Source: a virus (lineage: Duplodnaviria; Heunggongvirae; Uroviricota; Caudoviricetes). From it: 64,000 nt of DNA. Each line of letters begins with the position of its first letter. Within the stretch, counting starts at the first letter, position 1. Below, piece after piece: positions 52,791-62,520 of the stretch. A program made the translations under genes and the position numbers. The notes under the pieces are model-generated. The model made no database searches and was not told the DNA's origin. It saw nothing but the letters and a program-made list of their open reading frames with translations. The stretch is taken from IMG/VR virus record IMGVR_UViG_3300025859_000003, one strand, 5' to 3'.

Positions 52791-53753
52791 ATGGCTGACA
52801 GAAAGATTGTACAAGACCAGAAGTTCATCTACGGATGGGACGACGTTGCCAACCTTCCCAGGTTTTCCACTGACCACGGGGCGACCTGGACAACCATCAA
52901 CTCAGGCGGTGGAGGTGGTGTAGATGTCCAGATGAACGATGTGGACATCGTACTCTCGGCAAGCCCGATCGACTTCGTGTCCGACATCGCCGGCGGAAAA
53001 GAGTTTGCCGAGGTCATTGCCGACGGCGGTGGTGGTGTCGAAGTAGAAGTCGACAAGCAGATCGATTACTTAAGCCTCGCTGGCGGAGTAGGTCCTGTCC
53101 CTACCGGATTTACGTTCGATCGAACAATTTACCGAGCCTGTGAAGTAATCTACGCCCTGGCTAAGGTCACGGGGGAGCTTGAGACTGGCCACATCATGAT
53201 CCTCCACGACGGTTCCGTTGCTGGCGTGGTGGTGACCCGTCGTGGAACAGAAATACTCCCGTTCGTGCAGGGCAATCCGGCGATCCAGTTCAGCGCAGAT
53301 GTCAGCGGAAATGACTGCCGCCTTCTGTACACGGAAACCAACGGCGACGGATTTGACTTGTCGGTCAAGCCTCGTCCGATACGCATTGTGCAGGAAATTG
53401 AAATCGAGTTTGTTGCTATCACCAGCGGCGTTATCAGTGACGTTCCGTCGACTCATCAGGTTCAGCTTCGTATCAACACCTCTGACGGCCTGCCGGCATC
53501 CAGGAACGTTGGGTGCACAGTCGATGATGATGGTACTGGCTCGGCTATTCCTGGAGCCGACTACTCTTACCTTGTCCAGAATCCGAACTGGTCAATCGGA
53601 GACCCGGACGGAACCATCGTCTCCGTCAACATCGATATCCTCGGAACGAATGTGGACAGGACCATAGACCTGAGCTTCTCCGGCCTCGCCGGCGGCGCAG
53701 TTGCAGGTCCGAACACAAACCACCAGGTTACGCTGTTCTCTGCAGGAGCGTAA
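52791..53753 (+). CDS. putative tail/structural protein
   Basis: 320 aa, G/T/V-rich beta-like composition. Confidence 0.45.
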   Translation: MADRKIVQDQKFIYGWDDVANLPRFSTDHGATWTTINSGGGGGVDVQMNDVDIVLSASPIDFVSDIAGGKEFAEVIADGGGGVEVEVDKQIDYLSLAGGVGPVPTGFTFDRTIYRACEVIYALAKVTGELETGHIMILHDGSVAGVVVTRRGTEILPFVQGNPAIQFSADVSGNDCRLLYTETNGDGFDLSVKPRPIRIVQEIEIEFVAITSGVISDVPSTHQVQLRINTSDGLPASRNVGCTVDDDGTGSAIPGADYSYLVQNPNWSIGDPDGTIVSVNIDILGTNVDRTIDLSFSGLAGGAVAGPNTNHQVTLFSAGA

Positions 53754-53789
53754 CGGGAACGGTATACTGGTTGGGAAAGGGGTAATCGA

Positions 53790-55496
53790 ATGGCGGATTG
53801 GTTTGTTGACCTTAGTGCTGCCAACAACGGCGATGGAACTGACGGAGCACAGGCTGCTGCTCCTGGTGGTGTTGGCGCATGGAACGTGCTAACTGCGACT
53901 GAGTTGCTCAGCGTGAGCGCAGGCGACAAGATCTGGATTCGGCGTACTGACGGCTCAGGTGGATCCAAGAAGACGCTCTCGTTCAAGGACGGTACGCTCA
54001 ATAGTCGCATCGAGTTCAACGGTTGGCCCGTAGACGCTGACGACGAGCACTACGCCGCCGCTCAGGCGACTACAAACACCGTCGCTGCGACATGGGACAG
54101 TGACCCCAGCGCGTTCGTGGTAATCAACCCGTTTGGCGCGGCGGCAACGGTCAAGCACCGTGTCTATCGCAGGCTGTACTGGGACGAGACAGCCGCCGCG
54201 GCGAATGAGCCCTTTGCCACGACCTGGTACGGATCTCTGGAGGTACGGTGGAACAAGTGCCAGGCCCGCCGCGCCACGTCCGACGCCCCGAAATGCAACC
54301 TTTGGCCTGATACCGGAAGACTGGAACTTGATGACGTCCATGTGATCGGCCAGCGCCCAGCTACGGGCTTCGGCAGCAATTGCGCCCTGTACACAGGTGG
54401 ACTGACTGGGTCTGCGGTCATTCGTGCCCGGTTTACGTTTACGGCGGCAGGATCTGAGAGCATGTACATCGGTGGCGAGGCCTACGACTCTTACGTTGAA
54501 GTTCTGGAGTGGAACGACGCTGGCACCAGATTCGTGAGACCCGGATATACCTCGGCCAACACCACATTAGGTGGTTTCGGTTCGGCACGCGCCGTCTTCA
54601 CAACAGATGATGATGTTGTCGGGATGCTTCCGGCTGGCGGCGTCATGTATATCAACGGCAGCGCGAACTCGCGCAGTATTGTTGTGCGCAATCTGGACTT
54701 TGAGCACGCAAATTCACCGGCACCGGATTCAACAACATACAACCTTGGGACAACGGCCGTCCGCTCGCTTATCCTGGAAAATATACGATTTCCGGCGGGC
54801 GCCTCGACGCACATAGACGCGGACGCAGAATATGGAAACAACAACCTTATCGGAAAAAACATCTGGATTGATACGACTAAAATCTTGAAAGCGGTTGATC
54901 CGAATAGCTACTGCGGAAAAGGCCAGCAGATACACCTGACACAGTTGAACGGCACCAACGCATGGTTCAGGTACGTCAACGGCGTTACCGCTCAATCCTC
55001 GAATATCAGCCGTGTCGGTGGTCACGCAAACGGCATCCTGGTAGAGACAATAAAGGCCGGTTCGTACTGGGATGATAAAGGGTTCAGTGCCGGTGGTCTA
55101 TTCTACTCGGAACGCGAAGGTTATGAGGCACTGGTGTTCCCGCGTTTCGGGCTTGCGTTCCCCGTAAACCAGACAATCACGCTGTATTTCGCCACGGCTT
55201 TCTGGGACGGACGCGAGAGCAAGCTCAACATCTGGGTTGAGGCCGACGTCTACCGCGACGCCAGCGGTTACCACCGCAAGATTTACGATTCCCGTAAGCT
55301 GCCTGGTGATGGCTTGATCGCTGACGGGTCAACATGGAACAACATCATGGGCTACAACGCGTGGCGCATTGAGTTGCCCATCACGATCAAGCAGGATGAC
55401 ATCGTGCGGGTCCGGTTCTACGTCGCTGATACTTTCCGTGACGGCGGCGGTAACCAGAACGTCACAATCTTCGATCCGGCGATTACGCTTGCGTAA
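53790..55496 (+). CDS. large putative tail/baseplate structural protein
   Basis: 568 aa; GGAAAGGGG RBS. Confidence 0.5.
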   Translation: MADWFVDLSAANNGDGTDGAQAAAPGGVGAWNVLTATELLSVSAGDKIWIRRTDGSGGSKKTLSFKDGTLNSRIEFNGWPVDADDEHYAAAQATTNTVAATWDSDPSAFVVINPFGAAATVKHRVYRRLYWDETAAAANEPFATTWYGSLEVRWNKCQARRATSDAPKCNLWPDTGRLELDDVHVIGQRPATGFGSNCALYTGGLTGSAVIRARFTFTAAGSESMYIGGEAYDSYVEVLEWNDAGTRFVRPGYTSANTTLGGFGSARAVFTTDDDVVGMLPAGGVMYINGSANSRSIVVRNLDFEHANSPAPDSTTYNLGTTAVRSLILENIRFPAGASTHIDADAEYGNNNLIGKNIWIDTTKILKAVDPNSYCGKGQQIHLTQLNGTNAWFRYVNGVTAQSSNISRVGGHANGILVETIKAGSYWDDKGFSAGGLFYSEREGYEALVFPRFGLAFPVNQTITLYFATAFWDGRESKLNIWVEADVYRDASGYHRKIYDSRKLPGDGLIADGSTWNNIMGYNAWRIELPITIKQDDIVRVRFYVADTFRDGGGNQNVTIFDPAITLA

Positions 55497-55504
55497 GGCA
55501 GTCC

Positions 55505-57016
55505 ATGGCCATACGTGCGATCAATGACGGTAGTACGGCCACCACAAACATTGTGGTGAACGGCGTGAATATCGGCGATGCAGACGCCGGGTATCCTACG
55601 TTTGCAGACGCACTGGCTGCCGCCTCAGCAGGTGACAAGCTGGTATGGACTGGTCCGCAAATCCTAATTGGCACGTTTACGATTTCGGTTGATCAGTTGG
55701 AGATCACGGTTGCGGATAACGTTAGGTACACGACACACGATTTCTCAACCGGCGTCCGCATCAGCAGCACAACTGGCACGGTGTTCACGTTCAATCAGGC
55801 CGGGGCACAGGGAACGTACATCAGAAATCTGGTGCTTGAGGCTACCGTAGCCGGTGGTGATACCGTACTGAACACCGGCACGAACACAGTAGTCCTCGAA
55901 GCTTGCCTGTTGAAGAATAGGGATGGTGGCGCCGCCGTACGTAGCTCGGACGGCCCTGTTGCTGTCAATCACTGTTTCATAGAGATCGGTGATGGTTCAC
56001 GTGGTGTAGTGAAGCCTGATACGGCCGATAGTTCGGCCAGGGCACGCAATACAGTGGTCCTGGCGGCACATGATGACGCCTTGGCAGCCTTTGAGGGAGG
56101 AGCCACGCTAGGACGTGAAGTTTACGTCGGTAACTGTTACGCCGGAGACGCCAGTGGTGTCACCACAGCAGCAGCGCGATACACGAACTGCGCCGAAAGT
56201 GTCAATGTAGTTGAAGACGGGTACAACGCGTCCAGTGCGAACGACGCTCCCGGAACAGTAACGTACCAGTCGTTGGATGCCAGCGATCTATTCGTCGATA
56301 CGACAATCGGCAGCTACGATCTTGACTGGAAGAACCTGCTTGACTCCCGCGTGTACGTCGGCGGCGAGAGTAACTTCTCAGGCACGTACGTCGACCTGAA
56401 CAACGATGTCCGCTCAACCGATGCCCCTTGGTTTATCGGGGCAGTCACCCCGTACCTGTACGGCGATGGCGCAGGTTTGACGCACTATGCCGAGGGCATT
56501 TTGCCCAGCGGTGAAGACTTTGAGGATCTATCCGACGACGCCGTTCGCAATTTCTTGTTGGAGTGGTTCCAACCGGACCCGCTGTGGACCGTTTCGATAC
56601 CGTTCGGCGGGTGGTTGGTGCCAGGACAGGCCAATCCGCAGCCATGGGAGAGCAACTACGAAGGCTTTGTACCTTCAGTTGAAGGAACCGTTCCCGAGGT
56701 TCATGCCGACATTCAGCAGGTAACCGACGAGTACATCGAGTTCTTCAAGCCCGATCCTGTCGGCACGGTTACAATACCGTTTGGCGGATGGTTGAACCCA
56801 GGTGTGCCGATCACGCCTTTTACTGTCGCATACTGGGAAGGTGGGGAGATTGATCCAACGATCATCAACCCCATATTCGAGAATGCAGAAGAGGAACGGC
56901 ACCTGGTTGAACTTTATCCGCCGGCCTTTGGCAGCCCCAGCAGTTATCCTATTGTCGGCAACGACATTGTAGGCTCGTTACTCGTTGGTACACGATCGTC
57001 GAAAATAGTCAGGTAA
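55505..57016 (+). CDS. right-handed beta-helix (pectate-lyase-like) tailspike/depolymerase candidate
   Basis: repetitive N/G/T/V beta-helix-like segments (NTGTNTVVLEACLLKNRDGGAAVRSSDGPVAVNHCFIEIGDGSRGVV). Confidence 0.5.
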   Translation: MAIRAINDGSTATTNIVVNGVNIGDADAGYPTFADALAAASAGDKLVWTGPQILIGTFTISVDQLEITVADNVRYTTHDFSTGVRISSTTGTVFTFNQAGAQGTYIRNLVLEATVAGGDTVLNTGTNTVVLEACLLKNRDGGAAVRSSDGPVAVNHCFIEIGDGSRGVVKPDTADSSARARNTVVLAAHDDALAAFEGGATLGREVYVGNCYAGDASGVTTAAARYTNCAESVNVVEDGYNASSANDAPGTVTYQSLDASDLFVDTTIGSYDLDWKNLLDSRVYVGGESNFSGTYVDLNNDVRSTDAPWFIGAVTPYLYGDGAGLTHYAEGILPSGEDFEDLSDDAVRNFLLEWFQPDPLWTVSIPFGGWLVPGQANPQPWESNYEGFVPSVEGTVPEVHADIQQVTDEYIEFFKPDPVGTVTIPFGGWLNPGVPITPFTVAYWEGGEIDPTIINPIFENAEEERHLVELYPPAFGSPSSYPIVGNDIVGSLLVGTRSSKIVR

Positions 57017-57026
57017 AGGAAGGTTT

Positions 57027-57359
57027 ATGGGATTCGCCCGCTACCAGATTGACGATACCTGGCGCCAGGACTTCGTGGTTTCTGACCCCGCCACAGGTGC
57101 TGCATCCGACGCCGATAGCGATCCTGACGTCGAGATCTACGAGGACGGCGATAGCGCACCGACCACCACGATCTCAGCAACAAAACGTGACGTCGGCACG
57201 ACCGGACAGTACACGGCTACGGTTGCTCTGACCGCCGCCAACGGATTTGAGATCGGCAAGACCTACAACGTCTACGCTATCGCTACTGTTGGCGGAACCA
57301 CAGGAAAGGCTATTATCTCGACTTTCAAGATCACCACTGAAGTGGTCTATGTGAACTAA
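57027..57359 (+). CDS. small beta-rich structural protein
   Basis: 110 aa, T/G/A-rich. Confidence 0.45.
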   Translation: MGFARYQIDDTWRQDFVVSDPATGAASDADSDPDVEIYEDGDSAPTTTISATKRDVGTTGQYTATVALTAANGFEIGKTYNVYAIATVGGTTGKAIISTFKITTEVVYVN

Positions 57360-57372
57360 AGGTTGCCACTAG

Positions 57373-58659
57373 ATGAGTTTCAATCCGCTCACAGACATCC
57401 TGGCAGCCGGCGGAATCAATTTCAAAGGTGCTTGGAACGCTGACGCCAACACTCCCATCCTGACGAGCGGGATGGGTACAGCCGGCGATTACTACATCGT
57501 CGGGGAAGCCGGAACCACCGTCCTCGACGGTATCGGTGTTTGGGACGTCAATGAATGGGCAGTATTCAATGGGACGGTCTGGCAGAAGGTTAGCAGCGAG
57601 GACCAGTCTCACCTCTCCTTCCCCGAGCCGATTGTTTTTAGGCCAGGCGGACCATCTTTAGATGAACCAGGGGTATACGGAACCTGGCTCGCGGTTATGG
57701 CCTTCGTGGGGACATTGAACAGCCCGGTTGAAGTTGTTTTTGACTCATCGCTGGCGCCGTGTGTGGTACCTACAGGTGTTCACACCTTTCCTTCCGGGTC
57801 CAGGTTTCGCGGCCGGCACGAGGGTATCAATACCACCGTCAGCTTCGATGACGGGGCCTCTTTGGTTGGGGTCAACACTTTCGAGCGCGGGCTGTCACTG
57901 GTCTCTAACAGCACATCCCCGATCCTCTCGGTCTCAGGGGCGGCATCAAATAGGTTCAGGTTCCAGCGGGATGTAACGATCACCTGCTTGAACACTGGGC
58001 CCTTCATAAGGGTTTCAGGAGCGGGCTCTTCAGCCAGGGTTGTATTGGCTGAAGCCGCTATGGTCTCTGGAGTAGCAACAATCCTGGACGTCGCCACTAA
58101 CGCCGTCGCAACTCTTGATTGCTTGGTGTCGGCCACTATAGGGCAGAACACCCTGGGGGTAGATGGCTCGTCGGCCCTGACGTTGAACCTGGTTGCCAAC
58201 ACCATTTTGAATCCAACCCAGACAGGGATTTTAGGGCTGTACACAGTCCTTCTTTCTCAGCGGGCAACCCAGGTTCTTTTCGACCCCTCTGTGCTATCTG
58301 GGCAATTAGCCGCCGACAATACCCAGGACGCTATCGACGAGCTGACTCTTAAGCACAACAACAAGCTGGCTCAGACAATTTCTTCACCTGGAACAGTAAA
58401 CATCTCTGCGTTAAGCGCGAGGTTGATCCTTGTAGACATGACATCCGCCGGGTCAACACCGTTGGACATCAATTTGCCAGCAATATCCGCCGATTCCGGA
58501 CCCTGGATGTTCAAGAGGCTGGACTCTAACACGGCTTCTTCGGTGAAGATTTACGGGACAGGCGGCAACACCATCGACTTGCTGCCGTTCCAGGTTCTTA
58601 GTGGTTGGCCGGCCTCGATGCACTTGGTATCCGGTCCGAGTAACTGGTACCGAATCTAG
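57373..58659 (+). CDS. tail fibre protein
   Basis: N-terminus INFKGAWNADANTP...GTAGDYYIVGEAGTT...WAVFNGTVWQK resembles conserved tail-fibre N-terminal domain. Confidence 0.55.
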   Translation: MSFNPLTDILAAGGINFKGAWNADANTPILTSGMGTAGDYYIVGEAGTTVLDGIGVWDVNEWAVFNGTVWQKVSSEDQSHLSFPEPIVFRPGGPSLDEPGVYGTWLAVMAFVGTLNSPVEVVFDSSLAPCVVPTGVHTFPSGSRFRGRHEGINTTVSFDDGASLVGVNTFERGLSLVSNSTSPILSVSGAASNRFRFQRDVTITCLNTGPFIRVSGAGSSARVVLAEAAMVSGVATILDVATNAVATLDCLVSATIGQNTLGVDGSSALTLNLVANTILNPTQTGILGLYTVLLSQRATQVLFDPSVLSGQLAADNTQDAIDELTLKHNNKLAQTISSPGTVNISALSARLILVDMTSAGSTPLDINLPAISADSGPWMFKRLDSNTASSVKIYGTGGNTIDLLPFQVLSGWPASMHLVSGPSNWYRI

Positions 58660-58695
58660 CCAGCAGTCCTGATACTGTACTAAGAGGCGGAATCT

Positions 58696-59862
58696 ATGAG
58701 CTATCTTTCATGGCAGGCCGTGAAGGCCTATATCGATGCGTCAATCGGAGCAGGTTTTCCGCTCTACGGACCCGACGATGGGTCACCGGCGTACGCTTTT
58801 GACGGCGGCACGATCCCTAACTCGGTCAACGGAGGCATGCGCTGGGACACGGTGTCAAAACAGGGACCGGCCTTATTCGATTTGAACGGGGCCATGCAGA
58901 TCAGGATTACCGCGGGTGGCGTGGCCATTCCGAATCATCTAGATATCCTCGGGGATGGGCCTCCAGCGGCTCCTCCCGCCGGTTATTCACGCGTCTACGG
59001 TGTGGATGAGCATGATCATGACCGTCTCGAAGTTATGGACCGGGACGGTACGCAGATCCGCCTCGCCCGTGACGTTCTGATCACGGCTAAAAACGTGGCC
59101 GGAGTCCAGGTCGACAAAGGCAAGATGGTCTACATCAATGGTGCGGTTGGTGCTAGCGGCGTACCCACGGTAGCACTTGCCCAGGCCAATCTGGACGTGA
59201 CAGCGAACAACGTCCACGTTGCCATGGAGGACGTCGCGCACAACGCTTTCGGTTCGTTCATGAAGATCGGGGTTATCAGGGGTCTTGATACGGCGACCCC
59301 CGGTTGGTCCGACGGAACAACGTTGTTCCTGGACTCCGCGGTGGCCGGAGGCCTGACATCTACAGAGCCGTTACCCCCCTACCCCGTGGTCTTTGTGGGA
59401 ACGGTGATCAGCTCTCACGCTATCAACGGTTTGATCCAGTTCAATATCGGCACCCGCATCAACCCGTACAAGCCCGGCCTGTACCCAACACCGGCCGGGC
59501 GGGTTGCGCTGACAGCGGACGTCGACGATCTCGCCCTGATTTCCTACCCCTCGTCTGCGGTTCAGTTCTACATCGATCCTGATGCCGATGGATGGGTCAT
59601 CAACAGCATTGTTAGCGACGCAAAGACCCGGCTGATCCGGCTCACGAATGTTGATACTGTCTTTGGGTTCGTGATCGCTGACGAAGGTACCGGTACGGCG
59701 GCGAACAGAGTCATTACCGGGCAGGGAGGACCTGTTACAGTGCCCCCTCTGGCGACGGCAATCCTGGTCTATGACGTGGCGGACTCGCGCTGGAGACTGG
59801 ACACTGTTGCCTCTGGTGCCGCTGGCGGCTTTCCGGAAGCGGTCGGGTACATGGGATGGTAA
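58696..59862 (+). CDS. putative tail fibre/receptor-binding protein
   Basis: 388 aa, G/A/V/T-rich. Confidence 0.45.
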   Translation: MSYLSWQAVKAYIDASIGAGFPLYGPDDGSPAYAFDGGTIPNSVNGGMRWDTVSKQGPALFDLNGAMQIRITAGGVAIPNHLDILGDGPPAAPPAGYSRVYGVDEHDHDRLEVMDRDGTQIRLARDVLITAKNVAGVQVDKGKMVYINGAVGASGVPTVALAQANLDVTANNVHVAMEDVAHNAFGSFMKIGVIRGLDTATPGWSDGTTLFLDSAVAGGLTSTEPLPPYPVVFVGTVISSHAINGLIQFNIGTRINPYKPGLYPTPAGRVALTADVDDLALISYPSSAVQFYIDPDADGWVINSIVSDAKTRLIRLTNVDTVFGFVIADEGTGTAANRVITGQGGPVTVPPLATAILVYDVADSRWRLDTVASGAAGGFPEAVGYMGW

Positions 59863-60180
59863 ATGGCGACGTACACTGAGAAAAGACTGGCCAGCGGGCA
59901 GGCAGCCAACACCCTGACCACCATCTACACCGTCCCGGGAGCGACGACGGCATTGATGACCCAGTTGTGGGTCTACAACACGGGCGGAAGCACCCAGACA
60001 GTGACGTTTGCAGTAAATGATGGCGTGGACCGCACCCTGGCTACCATCGAGCTGTCGGCTGGGGACTACGCCATTGTTGAGCTGAAAGGCATGGCGTTGA
60101 ACACAGGCGACCTGGTGAAGTTGCAGGCCACCAACGTGACCACGGTCAATTACCTTCTGAGCGGAGTGGAGAAGGCGTGA
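59863..60180 (+). CDS. small structural protein
   Basis: 105 aa. Confidence 0.45.
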   Translation: MATYTEKRLASGQAANTLTTIYTVPGATTALMTQLWVYNTGGSTQTVTFAVNDGVDRTLATIELSAGDYAIVELKGMALNTGDLVKLQATNVTTVNYLLSGVEKA

Positions 60181-60818
60181 TCAGCCTGAACAACATCTGG
60201 GGTTTCCTGAAGCAGTTCATCCCGCCTCTACTGCAAAGGCCGGATGGTGTGCACACCAGTACAGCGGATATCGGAGCCGTGGAGTACACCGCTGGCGGCT
60301 TGTCAAGTTACGCAGGGTCTGTGTTTTCGCCAACAGTTCTGGCGATGTACTGGATACCGTTTATCGCTCCCAATACCCGGAAGACGCTGACGCAGCTCGC
60401 TTTTGAGGTCACGACGGCGGCTGCGGGTGGGAGTTTTGGTCGGATCTACCTGGCCGACAACACAGACGCAGACGCTTTTATGGGCCACGGCGCAAGGTTT
60501 TCTCCGTGCAGGCTGCTGGCAGACAGTGGGAATCTTGACATCAGCACGACGGGTTTGAAGACCTACGCTACGAGTGTGCCGCTCAAGCCTGGGCGAATGT
60601 ATTGGATCGGTGTCCACTGTGACGCCACGGTCACTCTGCGCGGGCAACTCGCATACAATGTTCTGCCTGTTGGAGGTTCCGCAGGAGCCGGTAATCAGTT
60701 GCACTATCTTTCCAGGACCAATGTGGCCTTGGGGTCGTTCAGCGGGTTTGTTCCGATTATGACCAGGGCCACCGTCAGCGGAGCAGCCTCGATCGTGATG
60801 AGGTACACCCTGGCATGA
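60177..60818 (+). CDS. tandem paralogue A
   Basis: GTGA overlap start; conserved PFIAP, AFEVTTAAAGGSFGRIYL, LLADSGNLDISTTGLKTYA, C-terminal MRYTLA. Confidence 0.55.
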   Translation: MISLNNIWGFLKQFIPPLLQRPDGVHTSTADIGAVEYTAGGLSSYAGSVFSPTVLAMYWIPFIAPNTRKTLTQLAFEVTTAAAGGSFGRIYLADNTDADAFMGHGARFSPCRLLADSGNLDISTTGLKTYATSVPLKPGRMYWIGVHCDATVTLRGQLAYNVLPVGGSAGAGNQLHYLSRTNVALGSFSGFVPIMTRATVSGAASIVMRYTLA

Positions 60819-61432
60819 ATCTGAAGATTTTCCGAGACGGTATCCAGAAACTAATCAGGACCGGACCCTGGTCTACTTATGCGCCGTGCATTGTAGGCAA
60901 CGACTCGTCCACCGGCTTTGAAGTCGTTCATTTCATCAACGCAGCCAACGCGCAGACTGTGGTCTCCGGCCAGATCAACATCGACGAGTTGCATGTTGTT
61001 CCTTTTATCGCACCGGCCCGTGGTGGCCTGGTTTCCAGTATACAATGCAATTTCAACACTACTGGCGATCAGGTGAGGCTCGGGATCTACGCGAACGTCG
61101 ACAACCAGCTGGATCTGTACCCGGGTAAGCTGCTCTTCGAGTCAGAGCCCATCACCATTGCTGTTGGTGAGCTGCCGGCGCGGTGTTCGCTTTCTCTGGA
61201 TCCCGGACATCTCTACTGGGGCGCGATCGTTGTTAGCGCCACAAAAACTCCTTTTCAGTGTTTACAGACCTACCAGTGTTCTCATAACCTGGGCATTCCT
61301 TCGACGGAAACGGTTAACTTCGCAAGGTCGCTCGTTGTTGCCCATACCTTTGGGGCGCTGCCTGCGACTTTTCCTGGTGGAGCGGCCTGGAGTACGCTGT
61401 CCCCGGCGCTGAAGCTGAGGTACGCGGCATGA
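60815..61432 (+). CDS. tandem paralogue B
   Basis: ATGA overlap; PFIAP, LYPGKLLFESEP, ends KLRYAA. Confidence 0.55.
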   Translation: MNLKIFRDGIQKLIRTGPWSTYAPCIVGNDSSTGFEVVHFINAANAQTVVSGQINIDELHVVPFIAPARGGLVSSIQCNFNTTGDQVRLGIYANVDNQLDLYPGKLLFESEPITIAVGELPARCSLSLDPGHLYWGAIVVSATKTPFQCLQTYQCSHNLGIPSTETVNFARSLVVAHTFGALPATFPGGAAWSTLSPALKLRYAA

Positions 61433-62058
61433 GGTTCAGTCTTGAAGGCCTGCTTCGCGCCATGTACCTGCGGCCGTCAAACCGGCCGCTGATTTCCGGT
61501 GTGTGCACGTCAGCACCGGCCATCGACTACATCGCGAACTGCTCGAACACGAATGCGCTGACTGTGCAAGCGCTGGCCACTGGTAACCTCAGAGCGGTTC
61601 CTTTCTGGGCACCGAAACGTGCATCTTCGCTGGATCGTCTCGCCGCAGAGGTAACGACCGCGGTAGCAGGCCGGTTTTTCAGGCTGGGGCTCTACCGTAA
61701 CGTCGCGGACCCCGCCAGCTTCTACCCTGGAGCGCTGCTCGCTGATTCCGGAGACATCGAGTCCGCCACCACCGGCATCAAGGCCTACGCGATCAGCCAG
61801 GCCTTGGAGCCGGACGTGTTGTACTGGCTCACGATCAGCACCAGTAACACGGTCACGATCCGCGCCATGAGCTATATCTCGTGCTTCGCAACTATCGGTA
61901 TCCCGGCGGGAACATCCGGTACAGCGGCTCCTTTTGGCCTCTGGATACAGGCTACGTTCACTCATGGAGCATTACCCGGTACTTTCCCCGCAGGTGGAAC
62001 CTACGGAGGAGTAGGATCAACTGTTTGCCCCGCGTTACGCTACAGGTTCGGGACTTGA
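61429..62058 (+). CDS. tandem paralogue C
   Basis: ATGA overlap; PFWAP, AAEVTTAVAGRFFRLGLY, LLADSGDIESATTGIKAYA, ends LRYRFGT. Confidence 0.55.
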   Translation: MRFSLEGLLRAMYLRPSNRPLISGVCTSAPAIDYIANCSNTNALTVQALATGNLRAVPFWAPKRASSLDRLAAEVTTAVAGRFFRLGLYRNVADPASFYPGALLADSGDIESATTGIKAYAISQALEPDVLYWLTISTSNTVTIRAMSYISCFATIGIPAGTSGTAAPFGLWIQATFTHGALPGTFPAGGTYGGVGSTVCPALRYRFGT

Positions 62059-62060
62059 TC

Positions 62061-62264
62061 ATGGACAAGGAAAAGGCCAAAAAGGTTCGTAACAAGCGTA
62101 AAGTCAGGGCCTTAAGTGACCCAACTTATGAGGACGCCGACCTGCACTTGGAAGAGGTGTGGATTGAGCACTGGTCCGGTGGCGAGTTCCTGGACACGGA
62201 ACTTTATGTCAACGGGGTAAAGATCGCTGACCCGGAAACCTACCTGGACAGCCTGTATCGGTAG
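62061..62264 (+). CDS. small basic/acidic protein
   Basis: 67 aa. Confidence 0.4.
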   Translation: MDKEKAKKVRNKRKVRALSDPTYEDADLHLEEVWIEHWSGGEFLDTELYVNGVKIADPETYLDSLYR

Positions 62265-62487
62265 CGGGAAGGAACACGGGTGGATTTTCTATACTTGAGA
62301 TAATGGGAGATACTGCCTGTTTGCATTGCCGGTTACGAGGACCGCGGCCTGATCAGGTACAAGTACTGGATCAAGGTGGTCGGCAATGCTACCGGCGTCG
62401 ATGAGTTCAGCCTGGGCACTAAAACCGGTTCCGGTGACACTTCCAACGGTATCAACGGCTGTGTAGGACAGAAGATTCCATAACTAA

Positions 62488-62520
62488 AAAGAAAGCCCCC
62501 GAAGGGGCCTTCTTTACTTG
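62488..62520. terminator. bidirectional intrinsic terminator
   Basis: AAAAAGAAAGCCCCC-GAA-GGGGCCTTCTTTACTT. Confidence 0.65.

Noticed and set aside
62270-62480. Start-codon-less ~58-codon frame (...YEDRGLIRYKYWIKVVGNATGVDEFSLGTKTGSGDTSNGING...) in the gap before the 62488 terminator
   Set aside because: No ATG/GTG/TTG start with an RBS in frame; only a 33-codon ATG ORF in another frame; left unannotated.
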